Below, one piece after another: positions 51,703-60,922 of a stretch of DNA of 64,000 nt (positions are counted from its first letter, which is position 1; every line of letters starts with the position of its first letter). Position numbers and translations under genes: made by a program. The stretch lies in the NCBI GenBank assembly GCA_039815185.1, contig JBCBZT010000009.1:32001-96000 (forward strand), in the 5' to 3' direction. Source of the DNA: Cyanobacteria bacterium P01_A01_bin.123. GTDB lineage: Bacteria; Cyanobacteriota; Cyanobacteriia; Phormidesmidales; Phormidesmidaceae. The notes beneath the pieces were generated by a model. That model ran no database searches, was not told the origin of the DNA, and saw only the letters and a program-made list of their open reading frames with translations.

Positions 51703-52605
51703 TTAGGCCGCCTGCGTTGCTGCGGTCTGTTCGGTAACCAGATGTTTATAGGCGTCAATCAGACGCGTCGTGATCGGGCCAAACGGTTCAAACTGAACTT
51801 GATCAACCCGACTAACCGACTCAATTTCACAGGTGGTACCCGTTAGAAACACCTCTTGAGCCTGGGCCAGTTCTTCCAGTTTGATTTGACGCTCGAAAAC
51901 TGGGATACCTAGTTTTTCAGCCAGTTTAATGATGGTTTGCCGAGTAATGCCGTTTAAGAAACAATCCGGTATTGGCGTCAGCAACGCCCCATCAATCACC
52001 AGAAATACATTGGATGTTGTCGATTCTGCAACCAGCCCTCGATAGTCCAGCATGAGGGCGTCATCAAACCCTTGTTTGATGGCTTCATCCTTGCTCATAG
52101 TACAGATCGGGTAGAGGCAGGCGGCTTTGCTAACCGTCGGTGCCGTCGTTGGATCCGGTTTGCGCCAGGTGACCTGACTGGTGAGTTTCAGTGGCTTTTT
52201 GGCGGTATTGGTAAACAGCGTTGTGGGGAATGACCAGGCGGCAATGCCGAGGCAAATGGCGGTATCGGGTGCATAGACTCGCAACTTTTCACTGCCCCGC
52301 CAGGCAAAGTGGCGAATGTAGCCCACCTCGATAGGGTCTTTGTCCAACAGATCGTAGGTGGCCCCGACAATAGCGTCTGTCGAATACGGAATCTCAAAGC
52401 CAAGGATATTTGCCGACTGATGCAAGCGCTGAAGATGCTCGCTCAGTAAAAACGGTTTGCCATTATAAATACGGATCCCTTCAAACACACTGCTGGCGTA
52501 GTGCAACCCGTGGGTCAGCGGGTGAATTGCGGCGTCTTTCCAAACGGTAATGTTGCCATTCAGCCACAAAAATCCCTCTTTTTGATCAAACGGTAGTAGG
52601 GACAT
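51703..52605 (-). CDS. Class IV PLP aminotransferase (BCAT/IlvE-like, diverged); candidate DapC replacement
   Basis: THGLHYASSVFEG, HLQRL, PLP Lys in SKAACLY, ALMLDYRG.VAE, FLNGITR and FLTGT motifs; located between dapD and dapE. Confidence 0.85.
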   Translation of the reverse strand: MSLLPFDQKEGFLWLNGNITVWKDAAIHPLTHGLHYASSVFEGIRIYNGKPFLLSEHLQRLHQSANILGFEIPYSTDAIVGATYDLLDKDPIEVGYIRHFAWRGSEKLRVYAPDTAICLGIAAWSFPTTLFTNTAKKPLKLTSQVTWRKPDPTTAPTVSKAACLYPICTMSKDEAIKQGFDDALMLDYRGLVAESTTSNVFLVIDGALLTPIPDCFLNGITRQTIIKLAEKLGIPVFERQIKLEELAQAQEVFLTGTTCEIESVSRVDQVQFEPFGPITTRLIDAYKHLVTEQTAATQAA

Positions 52606-52683
52606 AAAAACTTCCGATGCCATCGAGATCTGTACACACCAAAACTCAAAGGGAGAAGGAATGAGGGAATATTCCTACCTCCC

Positions 52684-53556
52684 CTAATCCCGCAACAGCT
52701 CATTAATAGAGGTTTTGGAACGCGTTTTGTCATCAACCGTTTTCACAATAACATTGCAGTATAGGCTGGGGCCGGGGGAACCATCTGGCAGCGGTTTGCC
52801 GGGTAATGTGCCGGGCACGACAACGGCATAGGGCGGAATCTCGCCGTAGAAAATCTCACCCGTCGCACGATTCACAATTTTTGTGGATTGGCTGAGGTAA
52901 ACGCCAATGGCAAGCACTGCCCCCTCGCGCACAATCACGCCTTCGGACACTTCGCTTTGCCCACCGACAAATACATTGTCTTCAATGATGACGGGGTTAG
53001 CCTGTAGCGGTTCAAGCACCCCCCCAATCACAACACCCGCAGACAGGTGACACCCTTTGCCGATTTGGGCGCAGGAACCAACAGTCACGTAGCTATCAAC
53101 CATGGTGTCGGTATCGACATAGGCGCCAACGTTGACAAAGCTGGGCATCAACACAACATTGCTTGCCACGTAGGAACCCCGGCGCACCACACAATTGGGC
53201 ACTGCCCTAAACCCGGCATGGGCATAGTCAGCTTGGGTCCAGCCCGAAAACTTGGAGGGCACTTTGTCAAACCACGGTGCATCCCCCAGTTTGGGATCTT
53301 TCAGGCCACTGGCAATGATGGCCGAGTCGTTTAACCGGAAGGATAACAACACGGCCTTTTTGAGCCACTGATTGACAACCCAGTCGTTGCCCGATTTCTC
53401 GGCAACGCGATACTGACCGCTGTCGAGACCGCTGACAGCGGCTTCAATCGCATCACGCGTTTCGCCTGATGTTTCGGCGCTGATGGTGCTGCGGTTTTCC
53501 CAAGCTGTATCAATAATGTTGATCAGGCTTTGCGTGTTCGTAGCTTCTGTGCCCAT
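52684..53556 (-). CDS. dapD: Tetrahydrodipicolinate N-succinyltransferase
   Basis: [53 protein letters not shown] and [10 protein letters not shown] motifs. Confidence 0.96.
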   Translation of the reverse strand: MGTEATNTQSLINIIDTAWENRSTISAETSGETRDAIEAAVSGLDSGQYRVAEKSGNDWVVNQWLKKAVLLSFRLNDSAIIASGLKDPKLGDAPWFDKVPSKFSGWTQADYAHAGFRAVPNCVVRRGSYVASNVVLMPSFVNVGAYVDTDTMVDSYVTVGSCAQIGKGCHLSAGVVIGGVLEPLQANPVIIEDNVFVGGQSEVSEGVIVREGAVLAIGVYLSQSTKIVNRATGEIFYGEIPPYAVVVPGTLPGKPLPDGSPGPSLYCNVIVKTVDDKTRSKTSINELLRD

Positions 53557-53753
53557 TAATCTTATGCTGTTTACCCGTGCAAACCGAGAGATGTCAATCT
53601 TTAAGATGGTATCGCTAACGGGGAGTCGGGGGAAGGGGCTGCGATCGCTCATCAAAGCCGCAATATCGAGAAAACATACGGTGGATTGGGCTAGCTACAG
53701 AAGATTGGGTTAGCTACAGAATAAGACGGCTTGAATTTTCTGCGCCATTAGGC

Positions 53754-54659
53754 TCATCCTTGTCCAAACAACAACCAAACGCCCCCCAAAGCCACCAAAA
53801 CCCCTAAGATGGCTCGCAAACTAATGCGATCGCCCATCAACGCCGCAATCGGCAACACAAACAGCGGACTTGTTGCCGCCAACGCCTGGGCGATGCCCGT
53901 CGCCGCATATTTCAACGCAGTCTGCTGCAACCAAATCGCCAAATAAGTGCCCAAAACCGCCGCTACAAGTATCACCGCGACCAGTCGCAATGACCGCAAG
54001 GGTTGAAAATCAGCGTTTAGCCTGCCCCGCCACAGCAATATCCCCAACAGTACGGCAATTCCCCCGGCTAACCGCAGTAGCGTACTCCACAATGGATCAA
54101 CAGCGGTCTCAGCCAATGCTGCCCGCGACAGCACTGCCCCTATCGCCTGACCCATAGCCGCCAGTAACCCGAAGACGATCCCCTGCAACGACCGGGGGCG
54201 ATCGCCAAGTACCGCTGGCACCCGTTCTGAAATCACCCAGCCGACCCCGGTCAACGTTAACGCAATCCCTGCCCAGGTGTTAAGTGATAGGGTCTCACCT
54301 AAGAAAATACCCGCTAAAAATGCCGCAATCGGTGGGGCCAAAGACTCCATTAACAACACTCGACGGGGGCCTAGCTGATTTAATGCTGCAAAGTAGGCTG
54401 TGTCTCCCAGGCCAATGCCAATGGCCCCGCTGAGTAACAACAGCATCATGGTATTGCCATCTATCCCGACCGGACGGTTACTTTGCAGCCATAGGGTGAG
54501 CAAAATGAATGCGATCGCAAAGCAGCCTTTTGCAAAATTCAGCACTGAGGGAATGAGATGTCGTCCCAGTTTGCCAAAAATCACCGTCGAAACTGCCCAC
54601 AAAAAAGCGGCTGTCAACGCCGCAATTTCTCCCCGAAATGCCACAAATGGTTCAGCCAA
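53754..54659 (-). CDS. DMT/EamA family transporter
   Basis: Ten hydrophobic segments; GEIAALTAAFLWA, GIGLGDT and SPLFVLP motifs. Confidence 0.88.
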   Translation of the reverse strand: MAEPFVAFRGEIAALTAAFLWAVSTVIFGKLGRHLIPSVLNFAKGCFAIAFILLTLWLQSNRPVGIDGNTMMLLLLSGAIGIGLGDTAYFAALNQLGPRRVLLMESLAPPIAAFLAGIFLGETLSLNTWAGIALTLTGVGWVISERVPAVLGDRPRSLQGIVFGLLAAMGQAIGAVLSRAALAETAVDPLWSTLLRLAGGIAVLLGILLWRGRLNADFQPLRSLRLVAVILVAAVLGTYLAIWLQQTALKYAATGIAQALAATSPLFVLPIAALMGDRISLRAILGVLVALGGVWLLFGQG

Positions 54660-54926
54660 CTGAGCGACTCCTGCTTGATTTCCCTTTAGATATTTTCATG
54701 TGCCCCCTCGATCCGACAAACTACAGTGGATGAAGACTAATTGCCATTGGGCGATTGCACGGCTAACAATTTTGGGTTTTAGACTTCGTCGTGAGCGTTC
54801 AGCCGCCCCAGAGGGGCTACGATTTGCGATGTCGAGATAGATCAGCATTAAATTTTCAACAACTTACGGCTAGGACACTATTAGGCGTCTGTAGCATTGG
54901 GAAGTAACTCCGTTGGAGCGTTGACA

Positions 54927-55487
54927 ATGGATTTCCCTATTCGTTCGAATCGACTCTATTTTGCTGTGTTGTCAGTCGTATTCTCATTGGTTGGCATTAA
55001 GTCTGCGGCTGCCACAGAATCCTTTCACCCAACTCCGTTATCCTCCGATGCTCAATTCAAGGCATCACTGATCGCTCAAGAAGCCTGTCCCCGCGAGTAT
55101 CAAGAACGTCAACCCTATGCCCGCGTGATCACTGAAGATGACCCGCTGTTAGTCCGGGCGACACCAAATGGAAGCGTTATCGGTGCGATTCCTAAGGGGT
55201 GGGCAGTCGTCACCCTAGAGCTTAACAGTAATGGTCAGTGGATACGCATCACCAGTCACTGGGGTGAGGTAACCGAGTCTGATGGCACGCTTTTTGGCAG
55301 CGCTCCTGATTTCCGGAGTGGTTGGGTAGCAACCCGCTATCTAGAAGATTTGGGCGAATTTTGCGAAAAGCCGATGGCCATGTTGGAAAGTTCTCTCGCT
55401 GCAAGTGCCCAGGCTCAGCAATACATTGCCAATGAAGACTGGCTGCGATTGGGCGATCGCATTGCGTTAGTCCAACCCCAAGCCTAG
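54927..55487 (+). CDS. Secreted SH3b-like domain protein
   Basis: Signal peptide; L.VRATP...VIG.I..G, W.RI and GWVATRYL SH3b pattern; two flanking Cys. Confidence 0.65.
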   Translation: MDFPIRSNRLYFAVLSVVFSLVGIKSAAATESFHPTPLSSDAQFKASLIAQEACPREYQERQPYARVITEDDPLLVRATPNGSVIGAIPKGWAVVTLELNSNGQWIRITSHWGEVTESDGTLFGSAPDFRSGWVATRYLEDLGEFCEKPMAMLESSLAASAQAQQYIANEDWLRLGDRIALVQPQA

Positions 55488-55490
55488 GCC

Positions 55491-57725
55491 ATGGCAAATC
55501 GGTCTATTGCTTACCATGAAAGCCGACTGGCGGCGATTCTGCGAGCGGCAGCAAAAGCTCCAGGTAATCGAGCCCGGTTTCAATCCGCAGGGCTGATGGT
55601 GCCGAGTTCAGGTTCTGGTATGGAACTGGTGACGGATTGGATGCAAAAGTTTAATGCCCTCGAACCGTTATCTAAAGCAACGGTTCGACGCAACCCTGGG
55701 GCGTTTTTAGCTGGGGTGTCTGATATTGTCTATCGCGGCAGCACCAGTGGTAGCCAAGACCGGGCCTATATTTACTTCGCAGATCAGCTCTGGAACCAGC
55801 AGCGGCAATGGTCTCGGGATCATTTTTTATCCTGGTGGGGTATTGATCAGCACACGCCCATTGTGACGGTAGCCAGTCGGTTACAGCCGACACGGTTAGG
55901 AGACCTTGCAATTGTAGGCCCCATTAATGCCACCCTAATTGATCGGCTGATGGCGGCGCTATCGGGGGATAAACCTGTGGCCCTGCGGGGGTATCCCAGT
56001 CGATTGGTCGAAGTCGCGAGTTTGTTAGTGGGGAAACCGTTGCCCGCGATCGCAGCTGTCATTTGTACGGGGGAACTGCTCTTTGATCAACAGCAGACTC
56101 TACTAGCGCGGGTCTTCAACGCCCCTGTGATCAACGAGTATGGCTGCCAGGAAACCGGCATCTTTGCCATGACTTGCCCAGAGCAGGGGCGACTCCACTT
56201 AGACGATGAACGCTGTTTTTATGAAGTGATTGGGGGTCATTTAGTCACAACCGATTTGTGGAACGAAACTATGCCCTTGGTGCGTTATCAATGCGGCGAT
56301 ACTCTCATCCTCCACGAAGACGCTTGTCCCTGCGGACGCCCTAGTCTGACGGTAACCCTACTGGGTCGAACAGACGATCAGATTCAAACCATGGCAGGGG
56401 CGGTACCCATCGGTAGTGTCGCCATGCCTGCGATACCGGGACTGTTGAGTTACCGGGTGCAGCGCCAAACAGCAGATAGCATCACTGTCTGGGTACGCCC
56501 CGATCCAGAAACGCCTCAGTTTTCGCCCCAACCCCTAGAGCATTGGGTCAAGACGACGCTGGGTGATCTGGCCGTTGATCTGCTGATTGAAGAAGACGCC
56601 CCCCGTAATGAAATCACCGAAGGCATTCGGTGGGATAGCGAAACCTGGTTTCGAGCTGTCACCCAAGGGCAGATGGGGAGTCGCTTAGCCATGAATCCTC
56701 TGCCGCACGGGGATGGCCAGGAAACGGCCCGTGTGTTGGTTGAGTTGTTAAATCCGGCTGTGATTGCAGTCGGGGCGCTACCCCCATCAACTCAGGCGCT
56801 GGTTGATCATCTGGCCCAAAGCCCCGTCATCGGTAATGTGGCCATTGAGCAGATGAAGAATCGGGTGCTGCTGTTAGCGAGTAGCTGTATGGCCAATGGC
56901 AGTCGCGCCCAAGCCCTCTACGACCGAGCGGTTGAACGACTGAGCATGTTGGGCGTACCTATGCCTGCGTCGATACAAACAGACCTGCTGATTCCCACGT
57001 TGCATTTACCGTCTACATCAGCCAGAGCGATTTGGTCTCGGGTGATGACGCTACATACCTCGGTACAGCTAGATCGGTTCAACGTTCATCATCTGCTAGC
57101 GGCGTTTGAAGGGGCGTTAAAGGTGCGATCGCCCCAGGATCGGGCGCCCTTAGCGCGATCGCTGTCGCCTGTGCTAGCGGTTCTGGTTGGGGATTTGACG
57201 TTTTGGGCACCCCAGTTTAGCTACGGCATCTTGGCCCACTGGGTAGAATTGATGCAGGGGCTTGATTTGCTGGAGCCGATCAAGCAGCCTCAGAACTTTG
57301 CCCAGGTTTGGCAAAATTGGCGTTGGAGTCTCCATCGGGGACGGTCGGATAGTGCTGAATGGTTGACTGAATTGAAAGCTAGGGCAAAATCGTCTGAAGA
57401 GAAAACGCGCTGTCAAATTGAGCAGGGCTACAAGGCTACGGCCAGCAGACACCCCTTGAACCCTAGTCCCTGGCTTGAGCGGATTGAAACCCATGCTCAA
57501 GTTCCGCTTAGTTCCCTTGAGCAAGATAAACCATCTGCCGATTTAACCTCCTGGATGCCGATTGTGCGTGCCCTGGTGGAACCGCTCTATGAAGATCAGC
57601 AGCCTGAACTGGCTTATCGCTGTTTGGTAGCTGCCTCGGTTGCGTCTCGACAGGGTTCGGCTTTTGATCGGCTAACGGAGACTGTTAACCGTAAGCAAGC
57701 GGTTTTGAAGGATTATTGTCATTAA
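55491..57725 (+). CDS. Phenylacetate-CoA ligase/CapK-like adenylate-forming enzyme with long C-terminal extension
   Basis: GSTSGS, GYPS, TGE, EYGCQETG, TDLWNETMPLVRYQCGD, CPCGR and GRTDD motifs, followed by about 370 unassigned helical residues. Confidence 0.75.
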   Translation: MANRSIAYHESRLAAILRAAAKAPGNRARFQSAGLMVPSSGSGMELVTDWMQKFNALEPLSKATVRRNPGAFLAGVSDIVYRGSTSGSQDRAYIYFADQLWNQQRQWSRDHFLSWWGIDQHTPIVTVASRLQPTRLGDLAIVGPINATLIDRLMAALSGDKPVALRGYPSRLVEVASLLVGKPLPAIAAVICTGELLFDQQQTLLARVFNAPVINEYGCQETGIFAMTCPEQGRLHLDDERCFYEVIGGHLVTTDLWNETMPLVRYQCGDTLILHEDACPCGRPSLTVTLLGRTDDQIQTMAGAVPIGSVAMPAIPGLLSYRVQRQTADSITVWVRPDPETPQFSPQPLEHWVKTTLGDLAVDLLIEEDAPRNEITEGIRWDSETWFRAVTQGQMGSRLAMNPLPHGDGQETARVLVELLNPAVIAVGALPPSTQALVDHLAQSPVIGNVAIEQMKNRVLLLASSCMANGSRAQALYDRAVERLSMLGVPMPASIQTDLLIPTLHLPSTSARAIWSRVMTLHTSVQLDRFNVHHLLAAFEGALKVRSPQDRAPLARSLSPVLAVLVGDLTFWAPQFSYGILAHWVELMQGLDLLEPIKQPQNFAQVWQNWRWSLHRGRSDSAEWLTELKARAKSSEEKTRCQIEQGYKATASRHPLNPSPWLERIETHAQVPLSSLEQDKPSADLTSWMPIVRALVEPLYEDQQPELAYRCLVAASVASRQGSAFDRLTETVNRKQAVLKDYCH

Positions 57726-57798
57726 GCAAAGCTCTTTTGCCAGCACGATCGCTTGCCCTTGTAGATCGGATTGAAGGATGAAACCCGGCTCAATAACG

Positions 57799-57828
57799 TT
57801 TGTAGACTGCACATTTGTAGACTGCACA
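57799..57828. repeat. Perfect 15-bp direct tandem duplication
   Basis: TTTGTAGACTGCACA x2. Confidence 0.8.
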
Positions 57829-57910
57829 ACTGTTAAAGATATAGATACGAAATTACCTTAATTGATGGGTTACCCTTCGAGAAGGCAAAGCCTACGTTCC
57901 TCAACTCACC

Positions 57911-58897
57911 CTACGGCGAGGGGCGATCGCACTTACTTTCGACGTGAGCCAGATCGGTCGCGTGTCTCGCCAATGCCTCACGGGCAGTTTCCCAGACGGC
58001 ATCTTCGTCATAGAGAGCCGAATGTAGATAGGCCGCCGTCATCCGTTGGACAATGGCCAGACGGTCCGGGTTTTCGTCGCCGGTTTCCTTTGCATCATAT
58101 CCCGCGATCCCGCCAAGCCCGTGCATTCCGCCTATCAGCGTCAAAAGGCTGTCGCAGCCGGGGCCATCGCGATAGGCAGCGGTATACCATTCTGGCCCGC
58201 GCACAGTCATGAACGGGTTCGCATCCGCATCGCCGACAACCACGAGAGATTTCGTGATCAAATGCGAGTAATCTGGGTTCAGTTCCGTGAAGTTCTCACG
58301 TGCAAAGTCACTCAGTTCATCTCCGCCATTGCCGGGAGGGGCTAGGAGAACTCCGACCTTGATCCGGGGTTCGATCACGCTGACGTCGTGGTCGGCGTCT
58401 CGCCTGGAGTCCGTCAATCGTGCACCGAGCAACATACCGACTGTCTGCCCCCCCATCGAGTGACCAACTGCAGCGATCTTTCCATGATCCAACCGTCCTG
58501 AAAGAGTGGGAATCATCCGCTCGATTTCGGGCAGATTATCCAGAATCAGTTTCATCTCGTCGACCCGCGATCGCCAGAACAGCGGTGCGCCCGGAAGATC
58601 ATGAGACAGGCCTGCGACTTTCGAGTTGGCATGTGTGGGCTGAATCACTGCGAAGCCCTGTTCGGCATAGAAGTTTGCGAGCGGACCGTACCCATCCTTT
58701 GAGGGCAGATACAGGGACGGACCATCGCCGTGAGACAAGAGGATGATCGGGAGTTCGCCCCCCTCCAAAGGGGCCGTAATTCGCATTTCGAGCGGTTGTC
58801 CGCGTTGCGGTGCGGACAGCGTTACGGGACTGATCGAGATCGTTTGGCGGGTCTCACCAACCGGAAGGTGCCGCGACTTGTCGAGAAGTTTGTTCAT
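57911..58897 (-). CDS. Alpha/beta hydrolase (chlorophyllase-like family)
   Basis: LLSHG, GFAVIQPTH, nucleophile GHSMGG and HGLGGIAGYD motifs; GC-richer than the host. Confidence 0.85.
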   Translation of the reverse strand: MNKLLDKSRHLPVGETRQTISISPVTLSAPQRGQPLEMRITAPLEGGELPIILLSHGDGPSLYLPSKDGYGPLANFYAEQGFAVIQPTHANSKVAGLSHDLPGAPLFWRSRVDEMKLILDNLPEIERMIPTLSGRLDHGKIAAVGHSMGGQTVGMLLGARLTDSRRDADHDVSVIEPRIKVGVLLAPPGNGGDELSDFARENFTELNPDYSHLITKSLVVVGDADANPFMTVRGPEWYTAAYRDGPGCDSLLTLIGGMHGLGGIAGYDAKETGDENPDRLAIVQRMTAAYLHSALYDEDAVWETAREALARHATDLAHVESKCDRPSP

Positions 58898-59052
58898 TCT
58901 TCACTCCGAAAAGATGTTGGAAGGCTACATTGGACGGGAGCGCGTCAAGATTTTGTCAGAGAAGAAGATAATTATTTGATTGGTTTTCAATGATTTTTGT
59001 TGGGTTATGCTGTCGCCAATCCAACCTGCGAAGCGAGCAGTCGCATTAAAAA

Positions 59053-59655
59053 TCAATTTTGTTCAGCTTCGGTTTTCCACTGCGTCTCAGGCACACGCCA
59101 ATACTGACTCGCTTCCCGCTGCATCATATTGTATCCAACCAGCTCCCGGCGCAGCGTCGCCACATCTGGGTGAAACTGCTTCAGCAACTGATTCACCGCT
59201 TTCTCTGGGTAGTGCCGATCTTCGTCAAACTGATTCACCAACCACTTCAAGACTACCCAACGCTTCTTACGACTCGCAGGTAACTCCCGCAGGCGACCCC
59301 CATCAAAATAGCTGCGCAGGACTTTTGTCTCCCACGCATCCATATCTAAATCTGCCGTCAGCCCCGCCATCTGCTCAGACGTGAACATTGCCTTGCTCAT
59401 CGACTGCAACACCTCCTGATTGAGCCGATAAAAATGCGTGTTCTTATCCTGCCGCATCTCCACGAGATCAAGTTGCTTGAGCTTCGCCAAATGGTGAGAA
59501 ACCGTCGGCTCCTTAAGTTGCAACAGAACCGCCATTTCCTCCACACTATGCTCCTGCTGTGCCAGCAGCCCCACCAACTTCAAGCGGCTTTCATTCGCCA
59601 AAGCTTTAAAGAACGCCAACAGCGTCTCAAATTGCGGCACCGTCATCGCTAACAT
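59053..59655 (-). CDS. ArsR/SmtB transcription factor fused to DUF2087
   Basis: FKALANESRLK...TVSHHL wHTH; LPASRKKR...Y.EK.VN...HPDVATLRRELV (DUF2087). Confidence 0.9.
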   Translation of the reverse strand: MLAMTVPQFETLLAFFKALANESRLKLVGLLAQQEHSVEEMAVLLQLKEPTVSHHLAKLKQLDLVEMRQDKNTHFYRLNQEVLQSMSKAMFTSEQMAGLTADLDMDAWETKVLRSYFDGGRLRELPASRKKRWVVLKWLVNQFDEDRHYPEKAVNQLLKQFHPDVATLRRELVGYNMMQREASQYWRVPETQWKTEAEQN

Positions 59656-59665
59656 CACTCACCCC

Positions 59666-59709
59666 TTTTAATTAGATTGGGATCTAATTAGATTTATATC
59701 TAATTAGAT
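59666..59709. promoter_or_regulatory. Phased palindromic operator array ATCTAATTAGAT (16-bp period)
   Basis: Perfect palindromes at 59682-59693 and 59698-59709, plus a partial TAATTAGAT at 59669-59677, directly upstream of the ArsR RBS. Confidence 0.7.
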
Positions 59710-60038
59710 TAGAGGCGTCAACAACCCGCCAGCAGTCTCGCCATCAAAATAGCGCCGCAGAACTAGAACGCCTGTCGGGTAGGTAGAGACACCTGGATAA
59801 CGTTGAAAATTGCTTAATGACTCTGCCTGCTTCTGCTTTGACTGGATAGGATGAAGATGTCTTCAACCCAGAGGATCCTATGGTTCACACTCAAGAGAAC
59901 AGGATTTTACGCCGGTCATGCCCCTAAATTTGCCGTGGGTTTCAAAGCAAGCCTGTGGGGCGATCGCCTCTCCTCGGAGTCTAGCCGTTAATGCGATCGC
60001 TAAAAAAAATCTGGATTCGTGTTTTTGAGTAAAGATAG

Positions 60039-60845
60039 GTGCAGAAATTGATCACATATCATACTTACAAACCCAATAAGTACTTATCGAATTTTGTTAA
60101 ATATTATTGGCAGCTTGAACTTAATTCAAACTTGCAAACAGCTCATGCCGAAAGGGTGATTCCCTCTGGCGAACTGCAAATAATATTTCACTACAGAACC
60201 CCGTTTAGAGAAATTAGCAAGCACAATCAAAGCCTCATCCAGCCACAGTGCTTGATTTGTGGACAGCAAACGGAATATAAAGACGTCATCACTGCACCGG
60301 GCTCGGTGGGAATGCTTGCTGTCGTATTTTACCCCTATGCACTCAGCGCTTTTTTCCCAAATCCGGTTAGTGAATTTACTAATCAAAGTATTGCCCTGGA
60401 TAATTTCTTTCAATCAGAAACTAAAGAACTTCAGGAACGTATTATCGAGGCTGATGATATTCGTTTACGCATTCTGCTAGTCGAAAACTTCTTGCTTAAT
60501 AGATTATCTATACCTAATCGCTTCTCTATTGCCAGGGAAGCCGTTAATATGATTGCCGGAGCAAACGGACAAATTACTATTAGTGAAGCAGCTCGCAAGC
60601 TAAATATCAGTAAACGGCAGTTCGAAAGAATATTTTTGGAAAATGTCGGGGTGTCGCCAAAGAAGTTTGGTCGTATTATCAGGTTGAATACCGCCATCAA
60701 ACTTTTCAAGAGGGCTGACTCTTTAACAACGCTTACCTATGAGGCTGGATATTTTGATCCATCCCATTTGATTCGCGACTTCAGAGAATTTACCGGTTTG
60801 TCTCCCAAAGCGTTTTTTAGATTCCCTTGCCAGATACCAGAATAA
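60039..60845 (+). CDS. AraC-family regulator (DUF6597-type N-terminal domain)
   Basis: P..YL..FVKYYW, VIPSG, S.RQFER.F...VGVSPK and GYFDPSHLIRDFREFTGLSP motifs. Confidence 0.9.
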   Translation: MQKLITYHTYKPNKYLSNFVKYYWQLELNSNLQTAHAERVIPSGELQIIFHYRTPFREISKHNQSLIQPQCLICGQQTEYKDVITAPGSVGMLAVVFYPYALSAFFPNPVSEFTNQSIALDNFFQSETKELQERIIEADDIRLRILLVENFLLNRLSIPNRFSIAREAVNMIAGANGQITISEAARKLNISKRQFERIFLENVGVSPKKFGRIIRLNTAIKLFKRADSLTTLTYEAGYFDPSHLIRDFREFTGLSPKAFFRFPCQIPE

Positions 60846-60922
60846 CGTCGCGTTCTTACAATTTTCTTTAGCAGGCTTGAGATACATTGCAGACATACGC
60901 CTCATCGACCAAGGATTATGTC

